Source: Octopus bimaculoides (lineage: Eukaryota). From it: a DNA stretch of 56,173 nucleotides. The translations under genes and the position numbers were made by a program. The DNA lies in NCBI RefSeq assembly GCF_001194135.2, contig NC_068987.1:72345681-72401853 (forward strand), given 5' to 3'. A model generated the notes under the pieces. It was not told the DNA's origin. It saw only the letters and a program-made list of their open reading frames with translations, and made no database searches. Of the stretch, positions 25,378 to 35,957 are shown one piece after another. How positions within the stretch are numbered: the stretch's first letter is position 1; each line of letters opens with the position of its first letter.

Positions 25378-25425
25378 CTGCAAGTATGTTCACATGAAAC
25401 ACAAAACAGCAGCTTTCGAAATGAG
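25378..25425 (-). CDS. Candidate 48-nt exon (HFESCCFVFHVNILA)
   Basis: aaacag acceptor, gcag|gtaggg donor, phase 1-1; splices in frame to 24868. Confidence 0.3.
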
Positions 25426-25970
25426 CTGTTTTAGTACAAACATCCCTTTTTTATAGGATTCATAACACATAATTTAAACTAATTAATCCTTCATAACCTA
25501 TCAAATAAGGAATTATGAATAGATTTAATGGACTTTATAAAATAAGAGGATAAGTAGAGATTAAGTGACTTCCGACTTCAATATCCTCCTAACTGTTTCC
25601 TTATTATAATCCTCTTTAGGGACACGTATTTTGATTTGCAAATCAAAATCTACAGGAATCCCTTAAATAAAATAATAAATGAAAATAAATCCAAATACAT
25701 TCCAAGGGTTTAATGTAAGATATTTGTCCATTTAAAACAATAGATTTTTTTAAATAATGAAGTATATTTCTCTACTTATAAATATATTGAATTTACCAAA
25801 CTTTTACTACAATAAATATAGAAAGTTTGTTTAGTAGAATCGGTAGAGTGATAGAAAAAAAAGAATGTGTTACTGTATTTGATTGCATGTCTTCATATTC
25901 TGAGATCAAAATCTCACCAAAGGCAATTTTGTTTTTCATCACTGTGAGACTGATATGTACCAGTTGAGTA

Positions 25971-26587
25971 CAAAGTTTTCAAAAAGTTTTCATCATTCTC
26001 AACACAATCAAGATCTTGTGCAACTTGAAACCTGAGTATCCTTTTGGTCAACTGAAAGCAGTTTTGGCACAAACTTGGCAGACACACATCTCATACCCAA
26101 ATCTTCAGTGATAATTGACTGAACTGAACTATAACAAATTTGCACATCCTCTGATAACTCACATATGGTGATTCAATGATTCCTCCTCACAGCTACATGC
26201 ACTTCTGTGACATTTTTCCCAGTTCTGCTGTTTGTGGTTCTCCCAGAATGTTCATCGATATTGACATTATTTCAGCCATCTCGGAAACGTCTGAACCACT
26301 CTTACACATGTGTGCAGCTCATACACTCTTCTCCATACACTTTCTGCAACTTTGCATAGGCCACTGAGCAGGTATCGTCATGACAACTTTCTTTGTCATG
26401 GTCAATGCGACGATCACATGCTACACACCTAGCACTGCTGTAAACAGTGGAAGTGAGCTAGAACGTTAAAACTTAGTGTGCATGCACAGCAGAGTTTAAG
26501 GTCAATTTTTGCTGAGTGGCTTCACTCTGCATGCTTTAGCCTCATTACTATGGCAACAGTCCGGATACTTATTGATCAGATCTTGCA
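25971..26587 (-). mobile_element. 3'-truncated mariner (second family) with transposase N-terminal remnant
   Basis: AYAKLQKVYGEECMSCTHV*EWFRRFRDG..DEHSGR..LGMRCVSAKFVPKLLSVDQK..ENDENFLKT; 5' TIR ..tctgatcaataagtatccggact; TA at the left flank. Confidence 0.85.
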
Positions 26588-26614
26588 TATGTATCAATTA
26601 TCAGATCCACCCAC

Positions 26615-26708
26615 CACAAAGTCCAGTCCTCATTGTAGTGTGGCAGTTTGTGTTCCTCAATAACCTTAAGAGCTGCTATGCGACATACTCCTGATGGGGA
26701 ATCCCATG
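26615..26708 (-). CDS. Candidate 94-nt exon (WDSPSGVCRIAALKVIEEHKLPHYNEDWTLW)
   Basis: cctttgacctgttcag acceptor, tg|gtgggt donor, only one open phase; the antisense frame is also open. Confidence 0.3.
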
Positions 26709-27214
26709 CTGAACAGGTCAAAGGACAGAGGCCAGACTGTCTTTTCAGCCACAAAAGAAACCATAGATTAGCAATCCACACCTGCTTTCTATCCTTTTAT
26801 TTTTATTAATTTATATAATACTTGTCAAATTTGAGAGAACTATCATCACAATGATACATACATATGTATGTATGTATACACACACACACACATTGTTCTT
26901 CTCTGGTTGTTAATCTACTGCAATGAGCTATTAAAGGTTATGTGTCTGTTGTTTCTATTTGTGACAGCATCCTAGCATGAATATTTTAATTCTCTATCTC
27001 AAACAAGGAACAAGATATAAAAAACAGGATGAGTAAGAAGTGGGACAGAAAAATCCTTTAATGAAAAACAGTTAAGAAGCTTGCTTCCCAATCACATGGT
27101 TTGGGGTTCAGTTTGACTGCATGGCACCTTGGGCAAGTATCTTCCATGATAAACCTCAGGCCAATCAAAGCTTTTGTGAATAGATTTGATAGGCAGAAAC
27201 TGAAAGAAGCCCAT

Positions 27215-27259
<45 letters not shown>

Positions 27260-27964
27260 CCACCACTGCTTGACAACAGATGCTGGTGTGTTTATGTTCC
27301 TGTAACTTTGTGGTTCAGCAAAAGAGACTGATAGAAATATTGGTTTTTAAAAAGTACTGGGTTCGATTCATTTTACTAAAAATTCCTCAAGGCAGTACCC
27401 CAGCATGGCCACAATCTAATGACTGAAACTTGTAAAAGATAAATATATAAAACCTTTTTTACATGAGGTCCAGCACACCTGTTGTCATAAATTACAGGTT
27501 ACTTGTCAGATTAGATTGCTGTCTGATATTTTCCCCTTCCATGCACTGACAAACACACCCCAGGTAACTATTTATACATCACTAGTCACAATGGCAACCT
27601 AATTTTTTTTATATATTTCAATTTTATTTTATTTATTTTTACTGCCACTTCTATTCATAGACCTGGAACATCTCAATTCAAATAACCTTCTCATTCAGTA
27701 TGAATAATTAGCAGTTACATTTCCATAACATTTACTTTGCTTCCTAACATTATTTCATAAGAATAAATACCTAACAGGTTGGAATGTCTTTGATCAAATG
27801 TCTACTGGATCAAGGTTGGTCTAGAGCTTAATAACAGCAACATTAATGACAATAATTCACTTTCAATTTTAAGTTAAAAAGACTATTACATTCACATGTC
27901 TTCTCTTCAGCCAGTAGTTTCCAAAATTTATTTATCTTATTTTATTACTTGTAGTACATTTTAA

Positions 27965-28185
27965 CCCTTTAGCATTTAAACCAGCCATATCTGGCCCAAA
28001 TATTTTACCAGTTTTCGGTTCAAAGTGGACAGATCTGGCCTCTCACACTCACCCTACAATGTCATTTCTAAATATAAATGATCACATCATCAAAATCTTG
28101 AAGCTGCAAGATAATGCATAATTAGCAGGAAACAATGTGATTGTATAAGTATTTAATTTGATAGTGCAATCTGAATGTTAAAGAC
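27965..28185. mobile_element. piggyBac-type MITE, opposite orientation
   Basis: TTAA|ccctttagcatttaaaccagccatatctggc...|TTAA. Confidence 0.8.
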
Positions 28186-28379
28186 TTAAACCACATATTT
28201 TTCGATATCAGTAGAGGCTAAATTTGTCTTAATATGCAATTACTAGAGGATGTTTGCAAAGGATGATGCTCAAAGAAGCAGAAAAATGTATTTAACAATT
28301 CCACCACGACTGCTGGACACTTTTTACCTGCTCCTCACATATTTATGTGATTTTTAATACTACACATCTATACATGAAG

Positions 28380-28695
28380 GCACATGGCTCAGTGGTTAGA
28401 GCATCAAGCTCACAATCATGAGGTAGTGAGTTCAATTCCTGGAGTAAGACACCTTAGTCATGTTGCTTGAGTTCACTCAGCTGTAGAAATGAGTTGTTAT
28501 GTCACTAATGCCAAGCTGTATCAGCCTTTGCCTTTCCCTTGGAAAACATTGGTGGTGTGGAGAGGGGAGGCTGGTATGCATGGGCAACTGCTGGTCTTCC
28601 ATAAACAACCTTGCCCGGACTTGTGCCTTGGAGGGTAACTTTCTCGGTGCAATCCCATGGTCATTCATGACCAAAGAAAGTCTTTACCCTTTACA
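28380..28695 (+). mobile_element. tRNA-headed SINE, third family
   Basis: A-box-like tggctcagtggttagagc and B-box-like gagttcaattcc. Related heads near 37490, 42085, 45065, 54500. Confidence 0.75.
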
Positions 28696-29235
28696 TCATC
28701 ATCATCATCATCGTTTAATGTCCGCTTTCCATGCTAGCATGGGTTAGATGATTTGACTGAGGACTGGCGAACCAAATGGCTATATCAGGCTCCAATCTGA
28801 TTTGGCAGAGTTTCTACAGCTGGATGCCCTTCCTAACGCCAACGAGAGTGTAGTGAGTGCTTTTACGTGCCACCGGCATGAAGGCTCGTCAGGCTGTACA
28901 CTGAAGTTGCCTGGCTTTCAACAGTATATCTCTGTTAAGTATGATATACAGAATGCTACATGAAAATATTTTGGTATAATTTATGCCTAAAAAAGTTTTT
29001 AAAAATTTAAACAAATGTATGTATATATTCTAGTTATAAATATTAATCATTTAAATTATAGAAAATTATTAAGTAGTTACCGCTTTACTATTCAATCGTA
29101 GATTACCAAATTACTTAATACAAATATATTTCAATACAATTCCTGTCTATCTTTAAATAATTTATGACTGAAAATTACAACAGAGCCAGCAATAGGCAAC
29201 CTCATTATACTGGCTATAGATATTGATTATTTAAA

Positions 29236-29500
29236 TAGTACTTCTCAACTGGGGTCCATATAAGATTTTTTGGGGGTAAGCAAAATAGTAAATTGAGGAT
29301 CCACAATAATATTTCAGGTGTCCATGAAAAAATTTTACAAGAAACAGCCAGGTTCAAACTACACAAGGGAATGTGTGAGAAAACAAAATAGGAAATAGTA
29401 TCTATAAAACAAAGTTTTAAACATTGAATGGCTAAGGGGGTCCACCAGAGCAGAATAGTAATCGAAGGGATCTATAGATAAAAAACAGTTGAGAACTACT
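29236..29500. mobile_element. hAT MITE variant
   Basis: tagtacttctcaac / gttgagaactact ends with tatttaaa on both sides; interior differs from 13429-13667; partial copy at 36140-36223. Confidence 0.75.
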
Positions 29501-31586
29501 TATTTAAACTATCTTATATGGTATGAGGTACAGTGTGTGACCTTACAGGTTTAATTTCATATTTGGAAACATTTTTTGAAATCTTTCCCAGAATAAAATG
29601 ACTGATAAACTTTGTGAGGGAATTTATTTGATGGAAATTTTGTGTGTATGTGTGTATTTGCCCCCCCCCCCCTTCGCCTTGACAATCAGACAATCGGTGT
29701 TAGTTTGTTTACCTGTAACTTAGCAGTCCAGCAGAAAGAGACAAACAGAATAAGTACAAGACCTGAAATAAGTATTAAGTTCAATTAAATCCTTTAAAGA
29801 TGGTGCTCCAGCATAGACACAGTCCAATGACTAAAACAATGTAAAAGAAGATATATATCTTTTATCTTTTACTTGTTTCAGACATTAGACTGTGGCCATG
29901 CTGGGGCACCACCTTGAAGAATTTTTAGTTGAATGAGTCAACCTCAGTACCTATTTTTAGTTAAGCCTGGTGCTTATTCTATTGGCCTCTTTTTGCCATA
30001 CCACTAAGTCATGGGGACAGAAACACACCAACACTGATTGTCAAGTAGTGGTGGTGGGTCAAGCAGTGGTGGTGGGACACACACACACACACACATGAGG
30101 TTTCTTTCAATTTCCATCTAGCAAATTCACTCACAAGGTTTTGATCAGCCTGAATGAATAGTAGAAAACACTTGCCCATGGTGCCACACTGAGGCTGAAC
30201 CTGGAATCATGTGGTTGGAAAGCAGATCAGCCTTAACACAAACATTTGGACCCAGAACATAAAAAGTCAAAACAAATACTGCAAGGCATTTTGTCTGACA
30301 CTTTAATGATTTGAACAATTCACCATCCTTTTACGCGCACACACACACACACATAAACAGTCACAGAAGTTATAAAATAACCATTAATGATTTAATTTGC
30401 CTTTCATCACTCCAGGGCTGCTAAAACAAAGTACTAATCAATTACTGGAGTTGATATAATAAACTTCCAAAGTTTCAGCTGTCTGTACCTATCTTAGAAA
30501 CTTATTATTACTATTATTGGGTGCACTTATTTAACCCAAGATGTTTTAAGTATTCTTTATGCACACACATACAGGAAGAGAGAGAGAGAAAGAGAGGAGA
30601 TGTCAAAATGATGTTTATGATTATGGAGTAAATGGAAATTGCTATTTAATATTGTTTAGCCCCTGGACAGTCCTGACCAAAACGGTTCCCAGAAGTAACA
30701 AATCCTTTATTTTGCTTCTCCAGATACAGTGTATCTGATGTGTCCTTCCTTCTTTAAGACAACTGAATTCATGATTTGCTGCAGATCTGGTAGCTATTTC
30801 TAGCATGTCAAGCAATAGCATAGAGGCTCTTCCTTCATTAGTTCAAGGGCAAAAATGTACTAGCGATAACTGACACCTAATTTATGGGAACCTATGATAT
30901 CAGGGAAGAGGGTCATTTATTTTATTATAATGAATTTATTGTGTACAATGTTCAAGTGCACCACAACAAACATAAAATCTATGTTGCAACCGGCATGGAT
31001 AACCTTTTTTGAGAAGCAGGTTGCATGAGACACAGCTCATCATCAAGCTGACTGCACTACTAAAAAATTCAAGGTAATTTTTTGTTAGGTGTGCCATTCA
31101 GAAAGTCCCGTGGGCTGCAGTTTGCCCGTGACTGAGTTACATGCTTTTCTTCAATTTCCTGACTATAATCTTTTTACTTCCTACTATAGACACAAGATCC
31201 AAAATTTTGAAGAAGAGGCTAGTCAATTACATTGACCACAGTTTCAACTTTTATCAACTTCGATTGAATTAATGGCGAAGTCGACTGCATCGGAATTTGA
31301 ACTTGGTATGTAAAAAGAAAGGATGCCAAGCATTTCATCCTGTGTAGTAATGAATCGGCTATAGCTTTAGTTAAGCTATACACAAAAATTAACAAAGACC
31401 CAGAATGTGTAAGTGAAATATTTATTTAGTTGAAAACATGAGGGCGACAGCCACCAGTCAACTCCTGCTTCGTGGAAGCCTGCTTAACTGGAAGTCAACT
31501 TCGCAGCAGACCAGCTCCCTAGCTAGCCCGCAGCGAAGTTCCTGTCTACAGTTTGTCTGTCATAAATTCTTGGGCAGTGCCCTACA

Positions 31587-31602
31587 TATAGCTCCCCCTG
31601 CC
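31587..31602 (-). other. Polypurine tract
   Basis: gggcagggggag (minus strand), 5 nt upstream of the 3' LTR TG. Confidence 0.75.
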
Positions 31603-31774
31603 CAAAACTGTCGACTGTCATTGGAACTGGGAAGGCGTTTTAACTGCCCCTGCCCATGTGTGTAGTTACTCGACTCCTTGGTGACTGTTCCTTGTCAAAG
31701 GTTAGTGTGATTTGCCTGAGGCAATCCTTGTTTGGTGGTTGAGCTACTGGGATGGGGCTGTCAGTATCGAAATG

Positions 31775-32555
31775 GGCCGGTTTCAACCTATCAATAGAAA
31801 CTGTGTCTTGTCATCCGCCGATTAGAAGTTGGAATGATTTGTCTCCTGGACATATGACTTCATATGGGCCATCGTAGGGTGACTGGAGGATTTTCATTGT
31901 GACATGTTGAACGAACACAAAGTTAGCTGTGCAGAGGTCATTTGGTGCAGATGATCTAGGTGTACCATGTGTTGACATGGGAATAGGGTACAACTGGCCG
32001 ACACTGTCTCTCAGTTGCACAAGGTACCTTTTGACATTTAGGTCTGACTTTGTGTTCGGAAGGAACTCTCCTAGCACTGTACGAGGGGCACCCTGCACTA
32101 TTTCTGCAGAAGTGTTGAGATTTTCCTTTGGGGCAGTGCGGATTCCCAGCATCACCCATGGAAGTCAATCAATCCAATTGGGCCAGTTAAGTCTGGTTGT
32201 CAGGGATTCCTTCAGGTGGCAGTGAAATCTCTCCACTAAACCGTTGGCCTGTGGATGGTGGGCTATTGTTTGCTTCATTGTGATTCCAAAAAGGTCACAT
32301 GTCATTCCACAGCTTTGAGGTGAATTGTGGACCCTGATCAGATGAGATGCAGTCTAAGACACTGAAATGGACAACCCAATTTATGATGAAGGCTCGGCTG
32401 ACTTCTTGTGTTTCTGTGCTGTGGAGAGGGATAGCCTCAGGCCAAAGTGTGTAGAGGTCTACCAAGATCAGTAGGTATGAGCAACCCTGTGAAGGTGGTA
32501 GGGGGCCGACAAGGTCAATGTTGATGTAGTTGAAACGGGCTTGTGGTGGTTTCAT
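31775..32555 (-). pseudogene. pol: Gypsy integrase remnant
   Basis: RFNYINIDLVGPLP..WPEAIP..CISSDQGPQFTSKLW..HHPQANGLVERFH..LPWVMLGIRTAPK..SPYDGPYEVI..VSIDRLKPAH; D,D,E retained but frameshift and stop present. Confidence 0.93.
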
Positions 32556-32692
32556 ACAACGTATGAATATTTCGTTAGATCTGAAGTTATTTTGCGTATA
32601 TTAAATTGCGCCTCCGCCTGCGCGAACCATAGCTCAGCCCTTTTCGGCCAGAATTGTGGTAGCTTCAGAAATGTTGTGTGATCGCTTGCCAT
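32552..32692 (-). pseudogene. gag: Gypsy Gag N-terminus, 46 codons then stop at the deletion junction
   Basis: MASDHTTFLKLPQFWPKRAELWFAQAEAQFNIRKITSDLTKYSYVV* matches the LKLPPFW...LWFAQ.EAQF...IT.D.TK motif of CsRn1-type Gag. Confidence 0.85.
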
Positions 32693-32747
32693 GTTTCTTT
32701 GATTTTCTGTTTACTTCGATGTGCGAAGCGAAAGCTGTTGTTCTTCT

Positions 32748-32759
32748 GTGGAGTCACCA
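32748..32759 (-). other. Primer-binding site, tRNA-Trp-like
   Basis: TGGTGACTCCAC 2 nt after the 5' LTR; a tRNA-Trp complement would begin TGGTGACCCCGAC. Confidence 0.7.
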
Positions 32760-32899
32760 GTTATAGCTTTAGTTATACTATACACAAAAATTAACCAAGC
32801 TCCCTAGCTAGCCCACAACGAAGTTCCTGTCTACAGTTTGTCTGTCATAATTTTTTGCGCAGTACCCTACACGGCCAGCATTGACAAATTCAAATTTTA

Positions 32900-35182
32900 A
32901 CGCAATGTACAAAAAGTATGTTGTAGTTGTATCTTGGTTAAGAAAAAGAGAAGAAAGTAAACAAATGAAAAATAAAAGGCAAGCACACTCCCTCAATCAT
33001 GTATCGTTGCAGGGGACACAGGTGTTGCCCACTAAAACATCAAGGCAACTTAAAACACGGTATAACCGTAGGTGACCGCGTGACTGAGCCGCCGGAACAA
33101 ACAAGCATTCTTGTGAGTATCACTTAGTTTGGTGAGATGCGATATCAACAGAACAAAAACTTTATCAGCGACCAAGCTTCTCAAACGTCTCAAATGTTAG
33201 AATTTGATAAATGCGTTGACTAACAAAATGTGGTAATTCAGTGTCTTATTCCGCTGAGCTACGAATGTAGTAAACTACTTCAGAATTAACGAAGTGTGAC
33301 GGAGCATAAGAGAAGCTAACAGAGACGTCCCATATAAGACATCTATCTCTAGGTCAGGAGTAAAGAATAAGTTCATTAGGTCTCTTTCTATCATCCTGAC
33401 CCCATGATATTTACCCTGGCAAGGGCTTCTTTAAGAAAATCTATCCTGTTATATCGAGCAAAGTGAATCGAGTAAAGTCAGGACATTAATCGAGTAGGTT
33501 AATTGTTATTAAGGTAAGAGTTATCTCCCTTCACTCACAGATATTCCTTTTTTAACATTGACAGAAATAATTAGACAAGCAGGCTTTTCATTAAAAACAA
33601 TGATTATCCTATCATGTGTTGTAATATCTCGAGAGAAGCAGTGAACCTTAAACTGTCAGCAGAGCGAATAAGATATTAATGGTTTCTAACGTTAGCACAA
33701 GAGTACAAGGTTGGGGATTGGGGGTAAAGTCGATTAAATCACCTTTCGCACCAGACTGCCAATTCATCATTATTTTACCGTTTCCAGACAGATGAAAGAT
33801 AAAGATGATCGGATCTGGATATGAACACAGAAGATTAATGAAAGCATTAAATATTGTCAAGTATTTTGTCTAGTCATCAACTACTGATTGTGATAATATT
33901 TGCTCAGTTTAACACCATCATTTTCTTTCTGAAGTAGTCTAAGGTGACTGCAAGCATTCAGAGCCAGATTTATCCGGTTCGAGGATAATTTCTCTCACCG
34001 ATCTCAGAGGTCACGAAAAACTTCTTTTCTTTGTAACTTACTGATTGAAGGGTGGGGGAACAAATCGTGTCCATTTTATCAATCCGCACACGATTTTAAG
34101 GAAGACGAACCCACCAGAATTTAAACTTACAACATAAAGGCCATTTCTTAAAATCGGAAAGTATCGTCCCGTACTCGCCGTACCTATTATAGGCTTTAAA
34201 TTTTGTAGGAAGGGGTATAGTCGTTTATATCGACTCTAGTGCTCAACTAGAACTTATTTTATCGGTTCCGAGAGGATAAAAGGCAAAGTAGACCTCGGTG
34301 GAATTTGAACTCAAAACGTAAGGACGTACGAAATGCTGCAAAACATTTTGTCCGGCGCGCTAATGATTCTACTAGCTCACCGTCTTCGCTTTAAAGATAA
34401 TAATAATAATAATGGTTTCAAATTTTGGCACAAGGACAGCAATTTTGGTGGAGGTATTAAGTCGATTACATCGACCCCAGTAATCAACTGGTATTTATTT
34501 TATCGACTCCGAAACGATGAAAGGCAAAGTCGATCTCGACGGTATTTGAACTCAGAACATAAAGACAGAAGAAATGCCGCTAAGCATTTTGCTCGGCGTG
34601 CTAACAATTCTGCCGGCTCACTGCCTTGTTGTTGTTGTTGATGATGATGACAATAAAAGATAAACAGAAAATAGAAAAACTGACTTAGTGGTGGCGAACC
34701 GAATTAACTATAAATTGATATGTTAGGTCGGTGAGTGAGGATAGGCCTTAGCTTACAAAAGGAGTTAATGGTATGTACAGCACTAATACCTGTTCACTGA
34801 GTGTTACAGTTGACAGCACAAAGGTGAACACATCCGTCTTATGCAGAGAGAGGGGAGGGGAAAGAAACGGAGAGGGTAGAGGGAGAGAGAGGAGGGAAGG
34901 AAGGCAATAAGCAATAAAGAAAAAGAAAATAAAAAGGAAGTGTGAGAGAAAGGAAACAGTAATTAAGACGAAAAAATATATATAAAGAAAAGGAACGACT
35001 ATCTTTAGCCCAAAAAATCAACAGTGTCTCTTCAGTTCAGACACGTCAGCAAATCCTCCAATAAATCATTTCTGTGCATTCATCGATTCTTTTTTCCTTT
35101 CTTTCTTTTTTTTTTCTGGAGGTATGGCTACAAGTTCCGGCAGGTCATGTGACAATGTGTGATGACTTCTTTGATCCATTAA
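32900..35182. promoter_or_regulatory. CpG-retaining, promoter-like region
   Basis: CpG visibly frequent in unique sequence and SINE copies here, scarce elsewhere; first-exon-like donors at 33113(+), 34130(-), 34731(+). No transcript evidence. Confidence 0.35.
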
Positions 35183-35922
35183 NNNNNNNNNNNNNNNNNN
35201 NNNNNNNNNNNNNNNNNNNNNNNNNNNNNNNNNNNNNNNNNNNNNNNNNNNNNNNNNNNNNNNNNNNNNNNNNNNNNNNNNNNNNNNNNNNNNNNNNNNN
35301 NNNNNNNNNNNNNNNNNNNNNNNNNNNNNNNNNNNNNNNNNNNNNNNNNNNNNNNNNNNNNNNNNNNNNNNNNNNNNNNNNNNNNNNNNNNNNNNNNNNN
35401 NNNNNNNNNNNNNNNNNNNNNNNNNNNNNNNNNNNNNNNNNNNNNNNNNNNNNNNNNNNNNNNNNNNNNNNNNNNNNNNNNNNNNNNNNNNNNNNNNNNN
35501 NNNNNNNNNNNNNNNNNNNNNNNNNNNNNNNNNNNNNNNNNNNNNNNNNNNNNNNNNNNNNNNNNNNNNNNNNNNNNNNNNNNNNNNNNNNNNNNNNNNN
35601 NNNNNNNNNNNNNNNNNNNNNNNNNNNNNNNNNNNNNNNNNNNNNNNNNNNNNNNNNNNNNNNNNNNNNNNNNNNNNNNNNNNNNNNNNNNNNNNNNNNN
35701 NNNNNNNNNNNNNNNNNNNNNNNNNNNNNNNNNNNNNNNNNNNNNNNNNNNNNNNNNNNNNNNNNNNNNNNNNNNNNNNNNNNNNNNNNNNNNNNNNNNN
35801 NNNNNNNNNNNNNNNNNNNNNNNNNNNNNNNNNNNNNNNNNNNNNNNNNNNNNNNNNNNNNNNNNNNNNNNNNNNNNNNNAAACACACCATCATCGGTTG
35901 TCAAGCGATGGTAGGGGGACAA

Positions 35923-35957
<35 letters not shown>

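Larger units (their letters stand above)
31360..32871 (-). mobile_element. Internally deleted Ty3/Gypsy LTR retrotransposon, CsRn1/Kabuki type
   Basis: 5' LTR 32762-32871, 3' LTR 31360-31586, both TGTAG...CTATA on the minus strand; TSD cggc at 31356-31359 and 32872-32875; PBS and PPT present; inserted inside a SINE. Confidence 0.92.
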
